From assembly GCF_902713615.1 (NCBI RefSeq), contig NW_024055870.1:434001-498000 (forward strand): 64,000 nucleotides of DNA, given 5' to 3'. The first letter of the stretch is position 1. Every line of letters begins with the position of its first letter. Made by a program: the position numbers and the translations under genes. Positions 37,709 to 49,790 of the stretch are shown in pieces. This stretch comes from Scyliorhinus canicula (taxonomy: Eukaryota). The notes beneath the pieces were generated by a model that did no database searches, was not told the DNA's origin, and was given only the letters and a program-made list of their open reading frames with translations.

Positions 37709-39286
37709 AACATCAAAGAGTAGGATATAGATGGGATTTTTTGCAAAGGTAGAAAAGCATCATCCATGTAAAGTTTCTTTGGGGTTTGGAACTCACGTCT
37801 GCAGACAACACATGTCAGGTCAATTGTTTATTTTCAAACTGAGACGAAAATTGTTTATCAAATGTTAAAGTTTTCTTTGGCGAAGATGGGCATATGAACC
37901 AATATCATGTATCAGCTAGACTCTCATTGGAAAACAGGATGGGCTCTTTGTTCAAGGTGGTCTACCCCTGCCCTAATGCTCCTCTGAATTCCAGATTCTG
38001 GTGGCGTGATTCTTGGATTCCACTTCCTTATGTTGGAGCAGACGTTGTGGGAAACAGGGTGACATCTTGCTCTGTAAGATAGGCTAGAGGACCAGACAGT
38101 GTGCACAACAATGTAATTCTGCATGGGCTGATGAAATAGCGAGGGAGAGAGGCAGGAAAACCATTTTTGGGAGGGGCTGATAAAGACCTTCACAATAATT
38201 CACGATTTCCCCGTAACGAGTGGCGATTTGCACGAACACGGGATAGGCATCTGGGAGTTGATCCGGATTTCAGCAACTCCATGTCGTTTCTCTATGTGGA
38301 AACATTGTAGAGATTGAGAAGTGTGAGCGTAAAGTCTGTATTCAGGTCATGGGAGCAGAGAGGGTGAGCACACACTGTTTGCATGGTGATGGCGTTTCAA
38401 TGTTGGGTGTACGGGGTCGGGGAAGCAGGATTCATGTTTCATCAGGACAAAAAACAGACAAATGTCTGGGCTTTGCCTAAGGTGGCAGTGGGGAGACTGG
38501 TAGAATCCAGACGAGCATTGGTATCACATATGTCGGTGACAAAGGACAGCCTCATTTTTGGTTGATGTAAGTGTTGGTTCATCCGTGTTATGAGTTGAAG
38601 AGCAGAAACATTCTTCGGCAGATAGTAAATATAGAGAATGCGCTAGTCCTCTTTGTGGGAGCTGGTCACGCACGTCCTGTTCAAATGGGGAAATGCCAAC
38701 TTAGACAATGCCGAAGGAGCATTAATTCCTCCTGTCCTCCTCAATCCATCTTGGAAAGTGATGTGATCCGCGATGTAGTCGGGAGGAAAGGTTTTAAAGG
38801 TTCACAATACTCCCGCTTATTCCCTGCGATTTTCTAACCTTATACTAATGAAGTTGAATAAAACATCAGAGCCTAGACGTTGTAAAAGTAGTGAAATGAG
38901 GTTTGTATGCTGATAGTGAAGCCCGAGGGCAAGACAGTAAATCTCCTGGAGCATCTCCTCGAGACAAATAACAAGTAATGCGGATTATTCCATCCTCTAG
39001 GTAATGACTTATTTTCTTCGAATTTGCTTGTGGACTAATGGGTTAATTCAATGTACATTTAGGTCATATACTCAGCATTGGATTGAGCAACATTGACAGT
39101 CAGAGGTCGCCAGACGGAAACGTCCCGATCACAGGAGCTGTCCCTGGAAAGATAGAGGACTAACTCTAGATCCCGTTAACAAGACCAATGTGAGTATATA
39201 TAATGATCGCTTTGCTGCTGGGATACTGTGCATATGACATCACAACCCAGTATTATCACAATATTTTCCTTCTGCATATGTTTATT

Positions 39287-39354
39287 AAACTGCTTGATCT
39301 GAAAAAAGGAGCGACTATTTAAATAGTCGCTCCTTTTTTCAGATCAAGCAGTTT
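39287..39354. repeat. Perfect 68-bp palindrome
   Basis: 34-bp arms with no spacer, centre ATTT|AAAT at 39320/39321. Confidence 0.95.
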
Positions 39355-39669
39355 CTCACAACACACCTTCAGTATTACACGAGACAATAAAATTGAAATG
39401 AAAAATGAAACACAATAATGCTGAGAAGGGAAAGAACACGTCAACCTCCATCTGCCTCGATCATCTCCAGAGGCACCAATACCGCCTTCAATACATTTCC
39501 TCGATCAGCTGACATTCCAGTTGCTGCATGTGGATGATGAACCTGATTGCAATGTATTTGCTTCAGCGAAGTGGTTAATTCAATGGCAGCAATATGACTT
39601 GTGGACAGGCAGGTTTTGAAAAGCGAGATTCTACGCACTGGGAAATTGAACAAAAAACAAAGAAGAAAA

Positions 39670-41770
39670 AAAACTACAGCACATGAATAAGTCCTTCGGC
39701 CGTCCAAGCCCGTGCGCAACATGCTGTCCGTCTAAACAAATGAATTATGTACTTCCGGGGTCCGTATCCCTCTATTCTCATCCTATTCATGTATTTGTCA
39801 AGATGCCCCTGAAACATCACTATTGTCCTTGCTTCCACCACCTCCCCCAGCAGCGAGTTCCAGGCACCCACTACCCTCTGTGTAAAAAACTTACCTCGTA
39901 CACTCCGCCAAACGATGCTCCTCGGACCGTAAACCTACTCCCCCTAGTAATTGACCCCTATACCCCGGGGAAAAGCCTCTGATTATCCACTCTGTCTGTG
40001 CCCCACATAATTTGAGTGACCTCTATCAGGTCGCCGCTGAACCTCCGTCATTCCAGTGAGAACAATTCAACCGCTCCTCATATTTAATGCCCTCCAAACC
40101 AGACAACATCCTGGCAAATGTCTTCAGCAGCCTCTCTAAATCCTCCACATCACCTGGTAGTGTGGCGACAAGATTTGAACGATACTCCAAGTGTGGTCTA
40201 TGTAGGTTTCTATACAGCTGCAACATGACTTGCTAATTCCTGGACACAATGCCCGGGTCAATGAAGGCAAGCATGCCGTATGCCTTCTTCACTACCTTCT
40301 CCACCTGTGTTGCCCCTTTCAGTGACCGGTGGACCTGCACATCTAGGTCGCTCTGACTTTCAATAGACTTGAGGGTTCTACCATTCACTGTATATTCCCT
40401 ACCTGCATTAGAGCTGCATCCGCCCGAATCTCCAAACGATGTAAATCCTGCTGTGTTCGCTGACAGCACTCATCGCTATCCATAATTCCAGCAACCTTTG
40501 TGTCGCCTACAAACTTACTAATCAGACCAGTTACATATTCATCCAAATCATGTATATGTACTATGCACAGCAAAGGCCCCAGCACTGATTCCTGCGGAAC
40601 ACGACTAGTCACAGCCTTCCAATTAGAAAAACACCCTTCCATTGCTACTTTCTACCTTCCATGACCTAGCCAGTTCTGTGTCCACCTTGACAGCTCACCC
40701 CTGATCCCATGTGACTTCACCTTTTGTACCAGTCTACCATGAGGGGCCGTCTCAAAGGCCTTACTGAAGTCCAGATTGATAACATCTACTTCCCTACTTC
40801 CATCAATCATGTGTGTTACCTCTTCGAAGAACTCGCTCAAGTTAGTGATACACGAGGCAAAAAAAATCCAACAAAGAACAGAAACACTTGAACTAAAATG
40901 CTTCAAAGCTGGAACCAGATTCCGAAGTGAGTGAGAGAAAAAAGAGAAAAGGCAAAAAAAATCCAAAAAAGAACAGAAACACTTGAACTAAAATGCTTCA
41001 AAGCAAGTTAGTGATACACGACCTACCCTTCACAAATCCATGTTGCCTCTCACCAATACGTCCATTTGCTTCGAAATGCTAGTAGACCCTCTCTCCAGTA
41101 ATTTTCCTACCACTGACGTAAGGCTGACGTAAAGTTCACTGGATTATCCTTACTATCCTTCCTAAATAAAACAACAACATTGGCTATTCCCCAGTCCACC
41201 GCAACATGAACTGAAGACACGGAGGATTCAAAGATTTATGTCAAGGCCTTAGCAATTTCCTCTGTATCCTCCATCAGTATTCTGGGTTAGATCTCATCCG
41301 GCCCTGGCGATTTACCTACATTAACATTTTTCAACACGCCCATCACCTTGAAGCTTTTAGTATCTCAATGTGACCCAGGCTATCAATCGACTCAATATCA
41401 ACAATTTCTACTCTTTGGTGAATACTAATGCAAAGTATTAATTTAGTACCACGAATGTTCACTGGCTGCACACATATATTCCCTTGCCGATCCATCAGTG
41501 GGCCAATCCTTTCCCTGGTTCCCCTGTTGCTTTTTATGAACGGGTAAAAAGGCTTAGGATTTTCCTGAACCCTATTTTCCAATGGCTTTTCGTGACCTCT
41601 TCTCGCCCTCCTGACTCTTTGCTTACGTTCCTTCCTACTATCCTTATATTCCACACAGTCTTCGTCTGTTCCCGGCCTTCTAGCCCTGACAAATACCTAC
41701 TGCTTCTTTTTGAGGAGGCTGGCAATATCTCTCGTTATCCAAGATTTCCCAAATTTGCCATATTTGGCCT
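39670..41770 (-). mobile_element. Degenerate CR1 LINE (RT and upstream region)
   Basis: RVPQESVLGP, SKFVGD, LDFSKAF, ENPKPFY remnants; CR1 3' UTR at ~39670-39730. Confidence 0.85.
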
Positions 41771-41953
41771 AGTCAGTTATTGTACAGAGCTGGAATCAAA
41801 CTTAGATTACCGCAGTGTGAGATCAGAAAGAAAACACGTGGCACAAGCCTATTTGTAAAACAGATTAATGCAACCTCAAAACAAAATGCACTCATTTCTA
41901 ATTATAAATGTGCTGAGCTTTTATTTATGCAACACACATTTTTCGGAAACAAC

Positions 41954-42041
41954 AAAAATGCCAGACAGCGCCCACGGTGAGGCAGGTTCGAACGTACAAT
42001 TAAGTTGATGCTGTAAAGTAACCAGTGAGCTAAAGCTGACG
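41954..42041 (-). ncRNA. Vault RNA-like gene, copy 1
   Basis: CGTCAGCTTTAGCTCACTGGTTACTTTACAGC...GTTCGAACC...GGGCGCTGTCTGGCATTTTT: vault-type A box with GGTTACTT, B box, GGGCGCT motif, terminal stem, poly-T terminator. Confidence 0.8.
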
Positions 42042-44309
42042 AAGCTTCAAGCATGGACACGTTGTATATCAAGGATAACCGTGTTCAAACAGGGCGTGTT
42101 GGGGAATATTAAAAGGAAACTCCAGCAGTTGGTGCACATCATCTCACCTCCAGACGTGAGAAAAATCTTAAAAGTTCGTGAATTACAGACGGAGGACATT
42201 CATTCCGTTTAATCTCAGCGGCTCTTTAGATTAGCAGATCATTAAATACCACTCGACCGACCTGCATGCATTTGATTGCTGTCGTATCTCGCATTGACGT
42301 TTGGAAGCCACTGTTCTATCTGCCTCCACCAATCTCACAGGCAGTGCAGACCAGATAATTGAACTGTATTGCAGAACATTGAAATAATTGTTGGAAAGAT
42401 GTAACTTAAAAATATTACTCGCAGCTATATTCGTCTGCGAGCACTGTTGCAACTGGAACTGATAGCAAATGACAACATAGGGAGACGACAAGGCCACTCA
42501 CTCCTGCCCCAACATCCAGTTTAATCAGAGCTGAGCTTCTGCCTAAATGTCATTTCCTGCTGTTCCTCAGATCATTTTAATCCCTCAAGGACCAGTGTCC
42601 ATGAGAATGGCAGAGGCAGACATCCAAAATAAAATATCAAAATCACTTGGACATTGAGTTGTATTGCTCGAATCGGCAGCGTTATGGAGCTGGAAGCTAG
42701 GATAGGCTCACAGAGCCACAGAGGTTGACAGCATGGAAACAGGCCCTTCGGCCCAGCTTGTCCATGCCTCCCAATGTTTACCCCGAGTCTTGTCTCAATT
42801 GCAAACATTTGGCTAACATCACTCCATTACTTTTTTTCCGCATGGAACTCTCTGGACCCTTTTCTGTGTCTCCCGTCTTACCTTAAACATGTGCATGAAT
42901 GTTGCAGCCTCCACTACCTTCGGGAATATATGTTGCCGATGTACCTTATCTCTGTCTAAATAATCTTGGATAAATTCACCCCTCTGCCACCCACATTCCA
43001 GTGGAATATGTCCAAGCCTAACAAACCCACCCTATATCTCAAACTATCAATTTCCGGTAGCATCCTGAAAAAAGGTTCTGCACTCTTTCTGTTTAATAAC
43101 GTCATCTCTATAATAGTGAGACCCGAACTTTACGCATCATTCCGAGTGTAGCCTTATTATTGTCTTATAGAACTTGAACAAGACGCCCAAACTCCGATAT
43201 TTAATGTTCTGACAACGTGTCTGTAGAACAGTAATGACGGGGACAGACACAGCAAATATCCACTTCAGTGCTGTGAAGTGCCAATTATTCATCATGTTTG
43301 CTATGGTTCCAAACGGCAAAAAGTCGCAAAATATGTCTGACTGAAAAGGAAATCCCGAAGAATATGCTTCTGAGGTTAAAGACAGCAACTGAAAGGTTTA
43401 CCCGAAACCAAGAGGAACAAAACAGAACAAAGGAGAGTGTTAAATAGAGAAGGGGGGGAGAGAATTTTAAATCCAGGTTAGATTGCACACTACTCCGTTC
43501 CACCTTACTGTTACATCCACATTGATTCTGTGTTCCAGCATACATGTTGATCGATACAGGTTCCGATGAAGCCCAGGTTATAAGATGGACTCCACCGTTA
43601 TAATGGAAATCAGTTTATCCCATGTCCCAGAAATGCAAAGCAGCAATGCTATACAAATATCACTTTTACGTGATTTGCGAGTTTATTGTCAGGGCAGCAG
43701 TTAATACCCATCCCGAATTGCCTTTCAGAAGGTATTGGTGAGCTGCCTAGTGGATCCGCCGCTGCCCGAGCTGTGGGTACACCCAGCGTGCTTTTAGGTA
43801 TTTCTTGTCCTTCAAAATGATAGTGGTCGTAGGTCTGGGAGGTGCTGTCTGAGTTATTGCGGTGCATTTTGGGCTGGTTGTGGCGGAGGGATTGAATTCT
43901 TGTGACCGGAGGAGCAGTCAAACGTACTCCTTGTTCCTGGATCCTTTCGAACCCGCTGAGTGTTGTTGGACATCTGGGGAACAGCGTTTCACGTGGAAAA
44001 TAATGGATTAACCAATTTGCCTGCGGAAAAAATCTTGTTCCGACATTTAAAAAAATATATAATAGATAATCGTTAATGCTCTTTTCCTCCATTTAGGTTG
44101 TGAGTAATTGCCAATGTGTGACAGGTCAGTTATTGCACAGAGCTGGAATCGAACTCGGGGTTCCGCAATGTGAGATCAGAAAGTAAACTATTGACATAAG
44201 CCTATTTTTAAAAAAAGAATAATACACCTTCTGAACACAATCCACATACTTCTTATTCTAAATGTGCTGCTGCTTTTATTTATGCAAGGCGAATATTTTG
44301 GAAAAAAAT

Positions 44310-44399
44310 AAAAACGTCAGGCAGCGCACACGATGAGACAGGCTCGAACTTACAATTAAGTGGATGCTGCGAAGTAACCAGTGAGCTAAAGCTGACGCC
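44310..44399 (-). ncRNA. Vault RNA-like gene, copy 2
   Basis: GGCGTCAGCTTTAGCTCACTGGTTACTTCGCAGC...GTTCGAGCC...GTGCGCTGCCTGACGTTTTT; 5' CGTCAG pairs perfectly with 3' CTGACG; TATATA about 25-30 nt upstream. Confidence 0.85.
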
Positions 44400-44756
44400 G
44401 ACATCAAGCCTGGACACATTGTATATACAGGATAACCGTGATCACACTCGCCGTTATGGGTAACACAGTTTGCCGTTGACTTCAGGAAGTGTAGTGGAGA
44501 ACGTGCCCCTGGTCTACATCATTGTGACTGAAGTACAAATGGTCCACCGTAATCAAGGGCACCCAACTACAGCTCAGCTTTACCCACAAAATGTCATCAC
44601 TGAAGCTATGTAATGAGACCAAATTCTTTCTTAAAGAGAAAGTAAAGTCCACGGCCCAATCGTGTTTCTGATTATCAATCAGATCATCATTAAAGTAAAT
44701 TTCCTAAATGAACTTTTCCTCCATTTCAGTTGTGAATAATTGAAAAAAGTGTGTGA

Positions 44757-45498
44757 GAGAATCTGGTAAACTGGTGCGACGACAATAATCTCTCCCTCAA
44801 AGTCAACAAAAAAAGGAGATTCTCATCGACTTCAGGAAGCGTAGTGGGGAACATATCCCTGTCTACATCAATGGGAGTGAAGTACAAAGGTTCGAGAGCT
44901 TCAATCTTTTAGGTGTCCTTATCACCAACAACCTGTCCTGGTCCCTCAATGCCGACACTATAGTTAAGAAAACCAATGGCTGTTATTTCTCAGGAGACAA
45001 AGGACATTTGGCACATCAGCAATGACTCTCGCCAACTTTTACAGATGCACCATAGAATGCATTCTTTAAGCCTGGATCCTGGTCTCCCAAGACAGCAGGT
45101 CGTGAATATAGCCCAATCCATCAAGCAAACCGTCCTCCCATTCATTGACTATCTATAATTCCCGCTGACTCGGAAAGGCAGCCAGCATAATTAAGGACCA
45201 CAGGCAGCACGAACATACACTCGTCCACCTTCTTCCGTCAGGAAAAGATACAGAAGTTTGAGGTCAAGTTCCATACGACTCAAGAACAGCTTCTTCCCTG
45301 CTACCGTCAGACGTTTCAATGGACCTACCTCGTATTATGCTGATATTTCCTCTTCACTCCAGCCATAACTGTGGCATTATATTCTGCAGTCTCGCCTTCC
45401 TTCCCTGTGTACGGTATGCGTTCTGTGAATCGCAGCAAGAAACATTTTTTTCTCTGAAGAATAATAATGTGAGACTAATAAATCAAATCCAATCAAAT
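44757..45498 (+). mobile_element. Degenerate Rex1/Babar 3' fragment
   Basis: Similar to 1300-1860 and 4250-4715 (ATCACCAACAACCTGTCCTGG, AACAGCTTCTTCCC, CAAATCCAATC tail). Confidence 0.8.
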
Positions 45499-45683
45499 AG
45501 GTCAGTGATTGTGCAGAGCTGGAATCGAACTTGTGTTTCCGCAGTGAGAAACCAGAAAGTGAACATGTGGCACAGGCCGCATTAAAAAATAATTTCAGTG
45601 CAACCTTTAAAAAATACACCAACTTTTAATTTAAAAATCTGGGTCCTTTCCATTGGGGCAACACACTTGATTTGGAAATAGTG

Positions 45684-45771
45684 AAAACGCCAGACAGCGC
45701 ACACGGTGAGACAGGTTCGAACTTGTAGTTAAGTTGATGCCGTGAAGTAACCAGTGAGCTAAAGCTGACGC
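45684..45771 (-). ncRNA. Vault RNA-like gene, copy 3
   Basis: GCGTCAGCTTTAGCTCACTGGTTACTTCACGGC...GTTCGAACC...GTGCGCTGTCTGGCGTTTT; TTTATAT upstream. Confidence 0.82.
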
Positions 45772-45884
45772 TGGCATTAAGCAGGCACACAGTGCATATA
45801 AAGTATTACCGTAATCATACTCGCCGTCGTGGGTAACATTGAGGGGAAATTCCAGTGTGTTGGTGCATGTCATCGTTCCCATAT

Positions 45885-45975
45885 CAGCGTCCTCGAACAG
45901 GCGCTGGAATGTGGCGACTAGGGACTTTTCAAGTAACTTCATTGAAGACTACCAGTGACAATAAGCGATTTTCCT
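45885..45975 (+). mobile_element. Second-family SINE 3' fragment
   Basis: GGAATGTGGCGACTAGGG...GTGACAATAAGCGATTTTC. Confidence 0.75.
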
Positions 45976-46589
45976 TTGATCACATAGGCAGACGTGATCA
46001 GAAACTTCATTCCGTTTAACCACAGCGGCTCTATAAAATGGCAGATCATTCAATTCCACTTGACTTACCTTTCCACAGAGGCAGGCATTTGATTTCTCGA
46101 TATTTCTCACATTAAAATTTGAAACCACTGTTGCATCTGTCACCGCCAATCTCACAGACAGTGCAGACCAGATATCTAAACTGTATCCAGGACATTGAAA
46201 TTATGGTTGGAAAGATGCAACATAATAATCTTATCTCGCAGTTGTATTCATCAGTGAATACTGTTGCACCTGGAACTAATAGCAAATGGCAACACAGGAA
46301 GACGACACGGCCACTCACTCCTGCCCAACATTCAGTTTGTTCACAGCTGAGGTTCTGCCTCAGTGGCATTTCCCACCTTTTTCCTCAGATCCTTTCATTC
46401 CCTCAAGGACCATTGCCCATGAGAATGACAGAGGCAGACACGAAAGTAAAATATCAAAATCACTTGGACATTGAACTGGAGTGCTCAAATGTGCAGCGTT
46501 ACAGAGCTGGAAGGTGGAAGGGTCACAGAGGCGTAGAGGTTGACAGCATGGAAACAGGCCCTTCGGCCCAACTTGTCCATTGCCTGCAT

Positions 46590-47170
46590 CAAACAGAGTC
46601 TATTAGTCAAGTGTCCCACATTAAACACTATTAGAACAGCGTCATTAATTAAACAGAGACCGTTTAAACATTGCCCTACATTAAACAGACTATTTAAACA
46701 GTGCCCTACATTAAACTGACTATTTAAACAGTGCCCTCCATTAAACAGAGCCTATTTAAACAGTGCCCCACATTAAGCAGACAGTTTAAACAGTGTCCTG
46801 CATTAAACAGAGCCTGTTTAAACAGTGTACTACATTAAACAGAGCCGATTCAAACAGTGTACTACATTAAACATTCTATTTAAACAGTGTCCATTATTAA
46901 ACCAGACCATTTAAACAGTGGCCTACATTAAACAGGGACTATTTAAACTGCCCTACATCAAACAGACTATGTAAACAGTGCCCCTCATTAGAGACTATTT
47001 AAACAGTGCCCTATATTAAACAGACTATTTAAACAGTGCCCGACATTAAACAGAGTCTACCCTACATTAAACAGAGTACTTAAACAGTGCCCTACTTTAA
47101 ACAGACTATTTAAAGAGCGCCTACATTAAACAGAGACTTTTAAAACTGTTCTGAATTCAACGGAGACTAT
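46590..47170. repeat. ~30-32-bp AT-rich minisatellite
   Basis: Unit TTAAACAG(AG)ACTATTTAAACAGTGCCCTACA. Confidence 0.9.
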
Positions 47171-48394
47171 TTGCCCTTCTCTGCTTTCATCCTGAATCAG
47201 GTAATGGGATGGGGCATTCGGCATCGACAGGGTTCATTCATGAACGAGGGTCATCACGAGACTTTAGAAGTTGAATTGAAGTGTATAACGTGAACCCAGT
47301 GAGGGAATGTTCAGTAAATACATTTTGGGATATTCTGCTTGTTCTGAGTCACCGTCCTTCCTGCTCGTGGCAAAGTTCCTCTTTCTATCATCTGCACCAT
47401 TTTTGAATTCAAAAGACGTTTTCCCCCAAAACGTGACACCTTAACTGTAATGATGCCGTCTAAAATACTGACCACGTTCACAATGTTTCTTTTTTCCAGG
47501 TTTCTGCTCACGTAAAGCCACTTTGTGATATCTGCGAGGTTGTTGCCTTTAACACTTGAACAACTGAAAACTCCTCCTGAAAAATTCAAGCAATGGTCAC
47601 ATCTGGCAGCTATTTTTAAAACTAATTCCTCAAGCAGTCATCTGGAGCTCTGCACTTTACTGAGATACGGATGTGTAGAATAGGCCGAAACTAACGGTTG
47701 ACAAAATTGCAGTCATTGTGCAATTAACATATAGCAAAGATTTAATTGTCATAGTCAATGTTTCCACCTGCTCCATATTGAAGCACGGACACTTGCATTT
47801 ACATTCTTTGTCTTGATCTGGCCACTCGGGGATCTGGAAAATGTTCAGAGCAGAGAAAGTCAACTGTTTCATAATTTTTGTTGCAGACATTTGAAGAGCT
47901 TTCCTACATTTTTCATAAGAAGATCATCATTTTCTTAGACATTCGGACAGGAGTAGGCCTTTCAGCTCCTCGAGCCTGGGCCTCCATTAGTTGCATACAC
48001 CGCGTTTGGCGTTTGTGACAGTTGGAAAACTACTGTAACATTGTTCATATCTCACTATATAAACGGCACCCTTTTCTATTAGTCTGCTGGAACTGGTCGT
48101 GTCATTGATGTAAGGATCTGTATAGAGGGCCGAGACATAAATGCAGACAGTGAAGCAGCTGCTGTTTGTGGGCTGCATTTATCCTGCAAAGGAGACGGGA
48201 TATTCAGCAATCCATGCGATAATGGTGAGCACGGGAGGCAGAAACGCTGTCCGTGTGGAGTTTTCACATTCTCCCCGTGTCGGCGTTGGTTTCGCCCCCA
48301 TACAATAAACAGGTAAAGATTAGGTAAATTGACCAAGCTAAATTGCCCCCTTATTAGAAAAAATACTCAAAATGTATTTAAAAGGAACAGTGAG

Positions 48395-48640
48395 GGGGCA
48401 GCATGTGGTGCAGTGGTCAGCACTGGGACCGAGGCACTGTGGAAACGGGTTCGAGTCCCGGCCCTGGGTCAATGTCGGGGTGGAGTTTGCACATTCTCCA
48501 CATATCTGCGTTGATTTCATACTCACACCCACAAACCACAAACTCATTCCTCACCCACAAACCAAAGATGTGCTGGTTAGCTGGACTGGCCAGGCTCAGT
48601 TGACCCTTAATTGGAAAAGAGAAAAATAATTAGCGGCTCT
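48395..48640 (+). mobile_element. Older V-SINE (an adjacent fragment lies at ~48245-48360)
   Basis: GGGGCAGCATGTGGTGCAGTGG head, GGTTCGAGTCCC B box. Confidence 0.75.
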
Positions 48641-48744
48641 AATTGTTTTTGATAATTCAGTGAGCGATGGAGCTTGTGCGGAAGGGATATGTTTATCAGC
48701 AGCAGAAGGAGGGCTGAGTTAGAAAAGTCACTTCATATCGCTCT

Positions 48745-49790
48745 ATTTTCTGTCACTACCTCTGTCCGTATCCCGCTCTCTATCTCGTTCCCGCTCTCTT
48801 GCGCTTTTTGTCTCTGTATGTCTACCTGCCACTCACTATCTTTCTCCCTCTCTCTTCCCGTTTCAGTCTCCCGCTCACTGCCTCTCTCTCTCTCTCATAG
48901 AATTTACAGTGCAGAAGGAGGCCATTCGGCCCATTGAGTCTGCACCGGCTCTTGGAAATAGGACCCTACCCAAGGACCAGACCTCCACCCTATCCCCATA
49001 ACCCAGTAACCCAACCCAAAACTAAGTGCAATTTTGGACACTAAGGGCTATTTAGCATGGCCAATCCACCAAACCTGCACATCTTTCGACTGTGGGAGGA
49101 AACCGGAGCACCCGGAGGAAACCCACGCAGACATGGGGAGAACGTGCAGACTCTGCACAGACACTGAACCAGAGACTGGATTGAACCTGGAACCTCGGCG
49201 CCATAAGGCAGCAGTGCTAACCACTGCGCCACCGTGTAGCCTTTCCTCTTTCTTTGTCTCGAGCTGTCTCTCTCTCTCTCTCTCGGTCTCTCTCTCCCTC
49301 TGACTCGCGCAGTCTCTTTGCCTCTCCCCATCTCTCGCGGTCCTTTCTGCTGGTGTTTCTTTTCTCTCTCTGTTTCTCCGCTGTCTCTCTGCGTCTCTCT
49401 CTCTCACTTTCTATTTCTCTCCTTGTCTTTCTCACTCTATTCTCTCTTTGTGCCTCTCTGTCTCTATCGCTCCTTTTGTCTCTCCCTGACAAGCTGTCTA
49501 TCTCTTTCTGCCTGCCTCTCTCTATCTCTTTCTCTGAGCGTCACTCTGTCTCACCCTCTACCTCTCTCTCTCGCTCGCTCTCTCTGTCTGTCTCTTTCTC
49601 TCTCGGTCTCTGTCTCCCCACCTGTCTCTATGTTTCTCTCTGAGTCTCTCTCTCAATCTCTTGTCTGTATCTTCCTGACTATCTCTCTTTGTTTCTCGCT
49701 CTCTATACCTTACAACTTCTCTGTCTGTCTGTATCTATCTCCCGCGTTCTCTCTCTCTTTCTCTCTGTCTCTCTGTCTCTCTCTCTCTAT
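48745..49790. repeat. CT-rich low-complexity tract interrupted by a minus-strand V-SINE (~48896-49237)
   Basis: Degenerate (CT)n/(TCTG)n; SINE with V domain. Confidence 0.85.

Larger units (their letters stand above)
41770..46580. repeat. Tandem segmental duplication, three units (~41770-42765, ~44080-44465, ~44710/45500-46580)
   Basis: Shared blocks CAGAGCTGGAATC.AACT and AAGTAACCAGTGAGCTAAAGCTGACG in all three units; CCACTCACTCCTGCCC and AAAATATCAAAATCACTTGGACATTGA in units 1 and 3. Confidence 0.9.

Noticed and set aside
41954-45771. Alternative reading of the triplicated core as C/D snoRNA, Y RNA or tRNA
   Set aside because: Plus-strand TGATG/CTGA lacks a proper C box and stem; there is no Y RNA GGUCCGA motif or cloverleaf; the minus-strand vault motifs fit much better
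47310-47900. Possible coding remnant (LCSEHF THAP-like motif, Cys-rich ORFs) on minus
   Set aside because: Multiple stops, and no upstream THAP Cys pair or other family motif recognisable
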